From positions 1-34,973 of IMG/VR virus record IMGVR_UViG_3300020403_000039: DNA of 34,973 nt; one strand, given 5' to 3'. Under the pieces are notes generated by a model. The model ran no database searches, was not told where the DNA came from, and saw nothing but the letters and a program-made list of their open reading frames with translations. Positions within the stretch are counted from its first letter, which is position 1. Each line of letters starts with the position of its first letter. The position numbers and the translations under genes are program-made. This stretch comes from a virus (Duplodnaviria; Caudoviricetes). This document shows positions 1-6,730 of this stretch, one piece after another.

Positions 1-600
1 ATCAAGCTGAGCGCGGGCTGCGGCGACTTCCTCGGGTGGGACGTTGCCGCCTTGGATGGTTGTGTAGCACCAGCGCTGCCAGTCGCCGGTTTTGTCTTCT
101 GGGACATAACACCACATGTCGTAGAACCAGCTTGCCGTACCATCCGGCGTGCTGATGAACAGTGCCCAGCCTTGTTTGTCGGCGAGGGCGGGGCGGATGA
201 CTTCGAACCAGACAGCGGATTCCATGAAAGCCGCCTCGTCGAGTACTACACCAGAGAGGCTGCGGCCGCGAAGGGCCATGGCGTTTTCGGTGCCTTTGAG
301 TTCGATGGTTGCGCCGTTGACGAGTTCGATTTTGAGGTCGGTTTCGTTTTTGCTACGTACCAGGACAGGTGGGATTATCTTTTTTAGGACCTTCCAGGCG
401 ATGTCTTTCGCCATTCGGTAGGTGGGTGCGCAGTAAAAGAAGGTTTCGCCGGGGGAGTTGGCGGCCTTTTGTAGTAGTTCTATGCAGGCTAGGTAGGACT
501 TGCCGAAGCGGCGGCCGGCGACGAGGACGCGGAAGCGTTTTTGGCTGGCGAATACTTCGTATTGGGCTGGTTTTAGTGCGACATCAATCGTTTTCGACAT
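1..600 (-). CDS. terL: Terminase large subunit, N-terminal ATPase part (runs off window)
   Basis: Not in the ORF track. Manual translation from ATG at 600 gives MSKTIDVALKPAQYEVF...VAGRRFGKS (Walker A)...APTYRMAK...LRGRSLSGVVLDEAAF (Walker B)...FISTP. Overlaps terS. Confidence 0.95.
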   Translation of the reverse strand, partial: MSKTIDVALKPAQYEVFASQKRFRVLVAGRRFGKSYLACIELLQKAANSPGETFFYCAPTYRMAKDIAWKVLKKIIPPVLVRSKNETDLKIELVNGATIELKGTENAMALRGRSLSGVVLDEAAFMESAVWFEVIRPALADKQGWALFISTPDGTASWFYDMWCYVPEDKTGDWQRWCYTTIQGGNVPPEEVAAARAQLD

Positions 601-1099
601 CTTCGGTTTGGGTTACGTCGATTGGGGGTAGGGCGGTGGCGTCCGAACCAGTCATTTGGGTGGGTGGTTCGACGCGGACGCGGATTTCGGGCAGGGATTC
701 GGTGGCGGTTGGTTCGTCGCAGCCCACTTGACGTGCCAGGGAGTCGAGGATGCTGGCGGCGGTTTGTAGTTGGCCGCGTTTGATGGCGGCGTTGAGGACT
801 TTTTGGCGCATTGAGAAGATGCGGCTGGCGTATTTTTCACGTTCCAGCTCAAAGTCTTGGTTGTTGAGGTTTGCGACCTCACGCCAGTCGCGCCAGGCGG
901 TTTCTTCGCTGATTTGTTCTTTTTGGGCGTGGTCGAGGACTAGCTGTTTGGCGGGGAGTCCTTCGAGTTGGCGCATGTAGAGGCGCTTAATTCGCTGCTC
1001 TCGTTTGTAGTGAAAGCGCGTAATTTTTGGCGCGTGCTTGTTTTCCTTGGGTTCTTCGGAATGTCCCACAGGGACATCTTTGTTTTCCACGAGATTCAC
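584..1099 (-). CDS. terS: Probable terminase small subunit
   Basis: 171 aa directly upstream of and overlapping terL; HTH-like QISEETAWRDW segment followed by helical region. Confidence 0.7.
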   Translation of the reverse strand: MNLVENKDVPVGHSEEPKENKHAPKITRFHYKREQRIKRLYMRQLEGLPAKQLVLDHAQKEQISEETAWRDWREVANLNNQDFELEREKYASRIFSMRQKVLNAAIKRGQLQTAASILDSLARQVGCDEPTATESLPEIRVRVEPPTQMTGSDATALPPIDVTQTEDVEND

Positions 1100-1186
1100 A
1101 GAATCTTACGTCAAGAGTAACAACGTTCCAGCCAACTTAACTAGTGCTCGTATTTTTTGCCATAGCGGGTGTAGCACACCAAAAAC

Positions 1187-1215
1187 TTGACCCCTGCCCC
1201 CTAGTACAGTAGAGT
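1187..1215 (+). promoter_or_regulatory. Sigma70-type promoter (TTGACC-17-TAGAGT)
   Basis: Near-consensus -35/-10 with 17-nt spacer; no convincing ORF follows. Confidence 0.45.
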
Positions 1216-1460
1216 ATCTTTGTGATGTTCATGGAGGTTCCCTGTGTGTTGCCCAGTGCGCTGAGCAGCTGAACCCTACCCCCTGGCGTTGTTGCGAGCC
1301 GTTCGCAATAGGCCTGGCCCTTAACGCGGCGGGCCTATTGACAGCAGTTCGCAATAAAGAGCACAGCAGCCGGCCAACCGTTGCGCCGCAGTGGCCGCCG
1401 GCCCATGGGAGACGAGCGTGGCAGCCGGGCTGTCGGCAGAGAGGCAAAGCGCAGCGGATC

Positions 1461-1649
1461 TTACCGGCCGTAAACGGTGAGAACACACTGGTCTGCAGTA
1501 GCACCTGCGGTGATGCATCGGCGAAGTTTGCTCTCATCCTCAGCAGCAAAGACGAGAGCATATGTAGCGCAACAGAGCAAGAAAGCAGCAAGGGAGCCGC
1601 CAACGCGCCAAGCATCGAAAACGCTGGAATCGACAGAACGAAGGGACAT
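1461..1649 (-). CDS. Small hypothetical membrane protein (62 aa)
   Basis: ATG at 1649 downstream of a TACAAT -10; one hydrophobic segment (SLAAFLLCCATYALVFAA). Confidence 0.55.
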   Translation of the reverse strand: MSLRSVDSSVFDAWRVGGSLAAFLLCCATYALVFAAEDESKLRRCITAGATADQCVLTVYGR

Positions 1650-1698
1650 GATGTTGTGGGGGTTGTGCGGATGGGTGCCGCTTGCTGTCAATTGTAGC

Positions 1699-1735
1699 AA
1701 AAAAGAAGCCGAGACAGCGAGCGCCCCGGCTTTCT
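1699..1735 (-). terminator. Rho-independent terminator
   Basis: Minus strand GCCGGGGC...GTCTCGGC stem followed by TTCTTTTTT, just after the stop of 1742..2191. Confidence 0.65.
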
Positions 1736-1741
1736 TAAGGT

Positions 1742-2191
1742 TTACGGCCAAGACTTCGCCTTGGGATTGAAGCGGCTGTCCAAGTCATCCCGAAGCGTTA
1801 AACCTGACGCACCAGGTCGCCCGGTCTCACGCCAGCGCTTCCAAGTGAACAGCGCTAGCGCCTCAGCATCAGCGAAGCCTAGGGTCTCGACAGACTCCCA
1901 CCATTGCGCTTCACATTTCCAGCGGTCGAAAGCATTCAGCCCGCCATCACCAAAGGGAGCAACGGACCACGAATAAACCCGCAATACCACGTGGAAACCG
2001 TCATCCGTGGGATCCCGCAGAATCTCCATCTCACCAGCTAAGCCTATGTGATCGTGGACGGCCCACGGATGCAGGTATAGGCTGGTCGTCGCGCCCTCTG
2101 GGACGCCGCAACGGTTCACATAATGCAGCTGCAGAAAATCCGTTTTCTGTGCTTCAGTCGGAAACAGCGTCAGGGTTTCAGTGGTGCTCAT
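1742..2191 (-). CDS. Hypothetical early protein
   Basis: 149 aa ORF coupled (ATGA overlap) to the upstream gene and followed by a terminator. Confidence 0.7.
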   Translation of the reverse strand: MSTTETLTLFPTEAQKTDFLQLHYVNRCGVPEGATTSLYLHPWAVHDHIGLAGEMEILRDPTDDGFHVVLRVYSWSVAPFGDGGLNAFDRWKCEAQWWESVETLGFADAEALALFTWKRWRETGRPGASGLTLRDDLDSRFNPKAKSWP

Positions 2192-2673
2192 TGTGCGACC
2201 TCACCAACGAACCACACCAGCGCTTCCTTCTGTGCATCATCCAACCAAAGGAAGTCAGCAGCGGAAGCCCAACTAAACCAAAGCCGCAGACTGTCGGCGT
2301 CGACGTGACCATGGCGGCCAAAATCTCCGGTGATCCAGCAAGACGGACCACCAACAGTCAGCCACACTTTGAAACTGTCAGGCTGACCGTCGAAGTCGCT
2401 ACCAGCGGACCAGGTAGCTGAATAGTCCACACCTAGGCAAGCGCTGCGGCAAGCGTCCCAGGCAGCGTCGCGGATATGGTCGGCGGTCAGGTCGTCAGTG
2501 TCAAAGTTGAAGCCGGCGTCTTCGCAGATCTCGACGGCATCAGCAGACAAGGGGAAGAGCTTCTTGTCATCGTCCCAGAGCCTGGCGAAACGGTCCAGCT
2601 CATAGATGGCCTCAATGGTGGCAAGCTTTGCGCGTGCGTTCTCTTGGCCGGTGTTTTGTGTTGTGGTTGCCAT
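2188..2673 (-). CDS. Hypothetical acidic early protein
   Basis: Likely start ATG 2673 (MATTTQNTG...); Asp-rich; contains LTVGGPSCWI. Confidence 0.7.
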   Translation of the reverse strand: MATTTQNTGQENARAKLATIEAIYELDRFARLWDDDKKLFPLSADAVEICEDAGFNFDTDDLTADHIRDAAWDACRSACLGVDYSATWSAGSDFDGQPDSFKVWLTVGGPSCWITGDFGRHGHVDADSLRLWFSWASAADFLWLDDAQKEALVWFVGEVAQ

Positions 2674-2777
2674 AGGTAGCGGCGAACTCGACTCATACAG
2701 TAGAACACACAATTCGGCAGCCTGTCAACCGATCCACCTAAGAAAATCTGAGAATTCTCAAAATGTCTCAGGGGGTC

Positions 2778-2806
2778 TTGCGACAGGTCTCACCTATATG
2801 TAATGT
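2778..2806 (+). promoter_or_regulatory. Sigma70-type promoter (TTGCGA-17-TAATGT) within TCTCA repeats
   Basis: Direct read; lies 30 nt before ATG 2836, with a divergent TTGACA at 2728-2723. Confidence 0.5.
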
Positions 2807-2835
2807 GCTGCAGTACATGTCTCAACCTCTCACCC

Positions 2836-3120
2836 ATGGAGAAGACAGAAGCACTGGAGTTCATCCGCGCCAGGCTCGACGACGGTTGCATCCGTTCTGA
2901 GGTCATCGCTGAGCTAACGGAAGCTGGCGTTAGCCGTGCCACTGCCTATAGATGGTTCAACATGCTGGCCAAGCCAGAAGCCGAACCAACGCACTCAGAC
3001 CTTGTCTTGAATGCGCTCAAAGATCAGCTGTATCAGGCACAAGCGGTGGACGATCCAGAGCAGATTCTTAAAGTCGCCAATGCTTACGCCGCTGCCCTCG
3101 CAAAATTCAAACGCGTCTAG
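2836..3120 (+). CDS. HTH DNA-binding protein
   Basis: Likely start ATG 2836; GVSRATAYRWF matches the resolvase/Hin-type HTH recognition helix. Confidence 0.7.
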   Translation: MEKTEALEFIRARLDDGCIRSEVIAELTEAGVSRATAYRWFNMLAKPEAEPTHSDLVLNALKDQLYQAQAVDDPEQILKVANAYAAALAKFKRV

Positions 3121-3140
3121 AGGCTGAGACTCACGAGACC

Positions 3141-3169
3141 CAACACTAAACACACGAACCACTCAAAAC
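3141..3169 (+). repeat. 29-bp leader repeat, copy 1 (CAACACTAAACACACGAACCACTCAAAAC)
   Basis: Identical to 3586-3614; ends 1 nt before the ATG of 3171. Confidence 0.95.
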
Positions 3170-3170
3170 C

Positions 3171-3554
3171 ATGCACCTTGATCTCAAAGCCCAAGACTAT
3201 CCTCTCTTAATTGACGCAATCCACTGGGAGCTGGACCTGCTTGAGGAATTAGATGCAGACGCATCTCCTCGATACAAACGGTTAGTTGAAATCCAAGAGC
3301 ATATACAAGCTTTTGTTGATGACGTTCCAGGGAAGCAGAAAAGGGTTGGATCGTTTATACCCAGGCTGCGGCTCTCCAAACTGAAGCCGCCGTCCCGAGA
3401 GTTCCCCTACTACTTCTCAGAAAACGGCGTGACTGTTTGGCTAAACCAAAAGCAGTATTGGGATTTAAGGAAGGCTTTCTTAGGGCAGGCTAAAGAAGGC
3501 GATCCAGTTGCCTTAAAACGTCTTCAAGGTTTTGGGCCACTACCAAAAAAATAA
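3171..3554 (+). CDS. Hypothetical protein
   Basis: 127 aa ORF directly after leader repeat 1. Confidence 0.7.
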   Translation: MHLDLKAQDYPLLIDAIHWELDLLEELDADASPRYKRLVEIQEHIQAFVDDVPGKQKRVGSFIPRLRLSKLKPPSREFPYYFSENGVTVWLNQKQYWDLRKAFLGQAKEGDPVALKRLQGFGPLPKK

Positions 3555-3556
3555 AG

Positions 3557-3580
3557 TTAAGCGGCTAAGCCGTCAAAGTA
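3557..3580 (-). repeat. Orphan synonymous copy of exonuclease 3' end (YFDGLAA*)
   Basis: Minus strand TACTTTGACGGCTTAGCCGCTTAA versus the real gene end 3801-3824 TACTTTGACGGCTTGGCTGCCTGA; all 4 differences are silent. Confidence 0.85.
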
Positions 3581-3585
3581 GGACT

Positions 3586-3614
3586 CAACACTAAACACAC
3601 GAACCACTCAAAAC
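3586..3614 (+). repeat. 29-bp leader repeat, copy 2
   Basis: Identical to 3141-3169; ends 1 nt before the ATG of 3616. Confidence 0.95.
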
Positions 3615-3615
3615 A

Positions 3616-3825
3616 ATGAAAGCTAATCACCTTTCTGTTTCCTGTAGCAGGGAAATGGATTTCAGGATGATTCAGCACCTTGCTGAGTTAAGTGGTCAGT
3701 CAGTTTCAGCCATGGCCGGTAACTGCCTGTCTGAGTACCTGCAAGAAAACTATTTAAGGCTGGCGGAATTCTATGAGGAAGCACGTTCCAGGCTGGATGC
3801 TCAGGCAGCCAAGCCGTCAAAGTAA
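3616..3825 (+). CDS. Small ribbon-helix-helix-like DNA-binding protein
   Basis: 69 aa; beta strand LSVSC then helices IQHLAELSGQSVSAMAGNCLSEYL, a CopG/Arc-like pattern. Confidence 0.55.
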   Translation: MKANHLSVSCSREMDFRMIQHLAELSGQSVSAMAGNCLSEYLQENYLRLAEFYEEARSRLDAQAAKPSK

Positions 3826-4607
3826 ACCTCACAACGTTCCAGGAATCGAGATTCAGCGCCTCGCAGTTCAAGCTCGCTTAATTCGCGCAGCTGCGGGGCT
3901 CCGGTGCGACGTGCCACCACCACATACGCTCCAGCCGCTTTTATGCCGGTGAGACTCTTGAGACCCAAACTGTATGCGCCTAATTGGTCGATGTAGTTGG
4001 TGAGCATCTCTTCGCTTCTTTCGCGTTGACTGGTTTTCCAGTCGATAAGCATTGGCCCCTTGCCTTGAATGTCGAGTAAGGCGTCACACGTTCCAGCAAA
4101 ACCAGCTGAATGGTGAATGGAAAATTCGACGGCATGAATGGCGGTTACGTGTTTGCCGATCCAGCCGCGTAGGCCGCGTGCGTAGCCTGCTGCGCTCCAG
4201 GGGACTCTAGGAGCGCCTTGAATGGCTCTTTCGATACCCCATGAGGTGATGGAGCCGGGGCAACGTTCCAGGCCGTCTTTAGAGGTTTTCCAGACGTTGC
4301 GTTTGTTGGCGGCTTTGCGGGCTAATTGGGCTCCGGTTTTGAGGATGTATTCCGCGTGGTTGTGGGCAAGGGTGCCTCGTGTAGCAGCGGTTTCCCGATC
4401 TTGTTCGCTACCTGGACGAGCCAGCCAACGTTCCAGGGCTTGTTTTTGATGATCCGGTGCCGTAGCGCCCAGTATGTGGGTGACGCTATGAAACACGCCG
4501 CCAGCGTTGTCCCGATAAACGCGCCAGTTGAAATCGGTTCCGGAGTCATCACGCACCAGGGAACTTTTGCGTAACTTACTCAGCCTGGCTTGTGCTTCAT
4601 TAGCCAT
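3801..4607 (-). CDS. PD-(D/E)XK exonuclease (Cas4/lambda-exo-like)
   Basis: SVTHIL, RGTLAH, E...FAGTCDAL, IDWKTS and QLGAY motifs. Confidence 0.88.
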   Translation of the reverse strand: MANEAQARLSKLRKSSLVRDDSGTDFNWRVYRDNAGGVFHSVTHILGATAPDHQKQALERWLARPGSEQDRETAATRGTLAHNHAEYILKTGAQLARKAANKRNVWKTSKDGLERCPGSITSWGIERAIQGAPRVPWSAAGYARGLRGWIGKHVTAIHAVEFSIHHSAGFAGTCDALLDIQGKGPMLIDWKTSQRERSEEMLTNYIDQLGAYSLGLKSLTGIKAAGAYVVVARRTGAPQLRELSELELRGAESRFLERCEVYFDGLAA

Positions 4608-4744
4608 GTTTGCGTTAGCTGATTAACTTTTGGTGGGACTAGATGGTGTGAGCTTACCCAGCCAAATTCATCGCCAACATCTATACGAACCATCCCGTCA
4701 TCTGTATTAGTGATTACGGGTTCAGGGATTTTGTGTTCGGCCAT
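4580..4744 (-). CDS. Small hypothetical protein
   Basis: MAEHKIPEPVIT...GWVSSHHLV; fills the operon and overlaps both neighbours; start could be 4753. Confidence 0.6.
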   Translation of the reverse strand: MAEHKIPEPVITNTDDGMVRIDVGDEFGWVSSHHLVPPKVNQLTQTWLMKHKPG

Positions 4745-4895
4745 ACGTTCCATGGTTTTTATACAGCTCATATAAGCCGCAGAAGCGTCCGTGGAAAGGG
4801 TGTTCTGGCATATATCGGAGGTCTGCTTGGTAAAGACGTTCCAGGTAGTCCACTCGTGCCTGTTGTTCCTTTACGTCTTCCGCTCCGTAGGCCAT
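4722..4895 (-). CDS. Small cyanophage-type hypothetical protein (57 aa)
   Basis: Manual translation MAYGAEDVKEQQARVDYLERLYQADLRYMPEHPFHGRFCGLY...; resembles the 'LY...HP.HG..TGL' mini-proteins of cyanophages. Confidence 0.65.
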   Translation of the reverse strand: MAYGAEDVKEQQARVDYLERLYQADLRYMPEHPFHGRFCGLYELYKNHGTYGRTQNP

Positions 4896-4927
4896 GCAAA
4901 TACTATTTCCCAGTTGAATATACCTTG

Positions 4928-5491
4928 TTAAAGCCTTTTTGCCAACTGCCGCTCTGCGTTCTCAAGGAGTTGGCGAAGCCGGCGTTCCATTTCCTTTGGT
5001 GATTTTCTTGGGTTAGTACAAAACAAAATGCTGCCTTCACGTTCCAGGGAGGAGGCTTCTTTCAAAAGAGTTTTGAACTCACCTCTCTGCTCTAGTAAAA
5101 GCAGCTGCTCCCAACGCTGAATAGTCAGTACAGGAACAGGCTTTAAGCCGATGTCTTCCGTTCCATCCGCTCTGGTGTACCTCTTCAGGTACCCATTTGC
5201 ATATATCTGGTCGTAGAGGCAGTTGTCTCCTGTTTCATGCAGTTTTATGCCCCTCGCCTTTTCTTCTGTAGTTGGGAAAAGCCATAGATGATCGGTTTTG
5301 ACAGGCTTGCCGCGTTCAGGTTGTCCTTTCGCCTCCCACACAGAGGGTTGCTGGCCTGAGGTTTTGTAGACGTCCCAGGGATATATGCGTGGTTTGCTTA
5401 TGCAAGCCCGTTCTCGGCTTTTTATGACTGTGGTCACGTGACCGAAGACAACGACTGGTTTGTTGATGAGTGGTTTAAGTTCAGTTCTCAT
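4928..5491 (-). CDS. Hypothetical protein
   Basis: Likely start ATG 5491 (MRTELKPLINKPVVVFG), 187 aa; possible OB-like beta pattern. Confidence 0.65.
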   Translation of the reverse strand: MRTELKPLINKPVVVFGHVTTVIKSRERACISKPRIYPWDVYKTSGQQPSVWEAKGQPERGKPVKTDHLWLFPTTEEKARGIKLHETGDNCLYDQIYANGYLKRYTRADGTEDIGLKPVPVLTIQRWEQLLLLEQRGEFKTLLKEASSLEREGSILFCTNPRKSPKEMERRLRQLLENAERQLAKRL

Positions 5492-5492
5492 A

Positions 5493-5525
5493 AGGAAAAG
5501 CCGCCGGTGCTCGAATACCGACGGC
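5493..5525 (-). terminator. Terminator-like hairpin
   Basis: GCCGTCGGT/ACCGGCGGC stem followed by TTTTCCTT, downstream of the 39-aa peptide gene. Confidence 0.55.
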
Positions 5526-5559
5526 CCATGCACCCCAACCTTTTCTAGGTTAGTACAAA

Positions 5560-5679
5560 TTAACGGGTGTAGCAAACACCTCTGTAACAAAGATTGGCGG
5601 TCTTTGCGATTGCGTTTTGAGCAGTTTGAAGTGCTTGCTTCTTTTGCTGCTGCTTTTGAATGAGGCTGAGGACGTTCAT
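5560..5679 (-). CDS. DUF4278-like small protein (YRGV motif, 39 aa)
   Basis: MNVLSLIQKQQQKKQALQTAQNAIAKTANLCYRGVCYTR; the YRGVxY motif is typical of DUF4278/'downstream peptide' proteins of cyanobacteria and cyanophages. Confidence 0.75.
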   Translation of the reverse strand: MNVLSLIQKQQQKKQALQTAQNAIAKTANLCYRGVCYTR

Positions 5680-5686
5680 GGGTTTG

Positions 5687-5700
5687 GTAGCAACGGTTAC
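5687..5700. promoter_or_regulatory. NtcA-type box GTA-N8-TAC
   Basis: GTAGCAACGGTTAC (minus strand GTAACCGTTGCTAC), 7 nt before ATG 5679 and just downstream of a TATATA -10-like element. Confidence 0.6.
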
Positions 5701-5745
5701 TAAAAGGCTATATATCTTGCCACGGAGGTGGTGTTCGTCCCAGCA

Positions 5746-5775
5746 CAACAAAACCCCTAGCCGAAGCCAGGGGTT
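5746..5775 (-). terminator. Rho-independent terminator with C(UUCG)G loop
   Basis: AACCCCTGGC-TTCG-GCTAGGGGTT followed by TTGTTG. Confidence 0.8.
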
Positions 5776-5961
5776 CTGAAGCTTGCTAACAGGCGTGGTC
5801 TGTCAACAGATGCTGCACATAATGACCAGTCGAGCACGGCTAGTCAGTCCAACCGGTGATGAAGCGGATGGTATGTGATCATTAGTGGACCTCCAGGTTT
5901 CCCCTTTGGCGCTAATGGCAATGGCGTTACAAGGGCACGGAGTCCGCCGCAACGAAATTGC
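5746..5961 (-). ncRNA. Candidate structured small RNA (~215 nt)
   Basis: Extended -10 TGcTATTAT at 5976-5968, several hairpins, a terminator, and only a 12-codon ORF. Confidence 0.4.
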
Positions 5962-5978
5962 TCAAAAATAATAGCACA

Positions 5979-6566
5979 TCAGTCAGCCTTGAATGGGTGG
6001 CCGCCGGTGAGAAGGCGGCTGATGTCAAAGCCGTTGCTGACCGCTTCGTTCCAGGCAGCATCTACTGCGGCTTGGCTGTCCTTCTTGCGGGGGACAGGGC
6101 GCAGGCCGTACATGTCGGGAGAGACGGTGGCGGCCTTCGTCATGATGAAGTCCCACTCGGTCATGTCGCTGTACTCCTCGACTTGTGAAATCTCGTCGAG
6201 TTCCTTCTGCAGACCCTTCTGCGTCAGGCTCAGCACCTGCACACGTTTGATGTCGAAGTTGTAGATCGGCATTGCGATGGCAAACTTCTGCGGCTCTTCC
6301 GTTCCATCGTCTTTGAGGCGGCGGCGGTAGTTAGCGCCCATCTCCTGCTCGATCTCGTCGGCAGATGCTTCTGCGGCAAAGCGGAACGGCTTGCCTTTGC
6401 CAGTTTCGTCTTCGCCCCAGACCTCGAAGTAGCAGAGGGGTTCGTTCGCCAGAATTGCAAAACGCACTTGGCCGTCAGCTTTGACCTTGCTGGGGCTCAG
6501 GTAGTCGTTACGGCTGCCACCGCCGCCTTTGAAGGCGTCACTGTGTTCTTTGGGGATGAAGCTCAT
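5979..6566 (-). CDS. Putative single-stranded DNA-binding protein
   Basis: YLSPSK...VRFAIL...IYNFD..VQVL.LTQK...WDFIMTK pattern of gp32-like phage SSBs; located between exonuclease and primase. Confidence 0.6.
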   Translation of the reverse strand: MSFIPKEHSDAFKGGGGSRNDYLSPSKVKADGQVRFAILANEPLCYFEVWGEDETGKGKPFRFAAEASADEIEQEMGANYRRRLKDDGTEEPQKFAIAMPIYNFDIKRVQVLSLTQKGLQKELDEISQVEEYSDMTEWDFIMTKAATVSPDMYGLRPVPRKKDSQAAVDAAWNEAVSNGFDISRLLTGGHPFKAD

Positions 6567-6603
6567 GGTTTAGATGCTGCGGGCTATGCCCAGTGCCTAT
6601 CAA

Positions 6604-6692
6604 TCCTAGTACTTTTGCGGGGTTTGACAACCTTCGTAGAATAAAAAAACCCCCAGTGCCCGTCCCGGCAGCTGGGGATTTGGATAGTCCCG
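6604..6692. promoter_or_regulatory. Divergent promoter region with two hairpins before the primase
   Basis: Minus TTGTCA-16-TAGGAT; plus TAGAAT; hairpins CCCCAG..CTGGGG and AGTCCC..GGGACT. Confidence 0.45.
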
Positions 6693-6730
6693 CTTGGGAC
6701 TCGTTTTGTAGTTCTTTGAGACTGTAACAG

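Noticed and set aside
52-980. Plus-strand ORFs 52..387, 149..421, 369..731 and 750..980
   Set aside because: Antisense shadows of terL/terS.
1229-1770. ORFs 1229..1615, 1338..1697 and 1477..1770
   Set aside because: Overlap the better-supported 1461..1649 gene and GC-rich hairpins; no RBS or protein-like composition.
3141-3614. 29-bp direct repeat as a mini-CRISPR array next to a Cas4-like nuclease
   Set aside because: Only two copies, 445 bp apart, non-palindromic, each directly before an ATG; no cas1/cas2.
5003-5559. Near-repeat TTTTCT(TG/A)GGTTAGTACAAA at 5003 and 5541
   Set aside because: One copy is inside a coding region and there are only two copies; not enough to call a target-site duplication or operator.
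5680-5960. Glutamine (glnA/Downstream-peptide) riboswitch, tmRNA or hammerhead ribozyme
   Set aside because: Could not find the CGUUCA...GGAACG core, a tRNA-like end with tag peptide, or a CUGAUGA/GAAA core; kept only as an unclassified RNA candidate.
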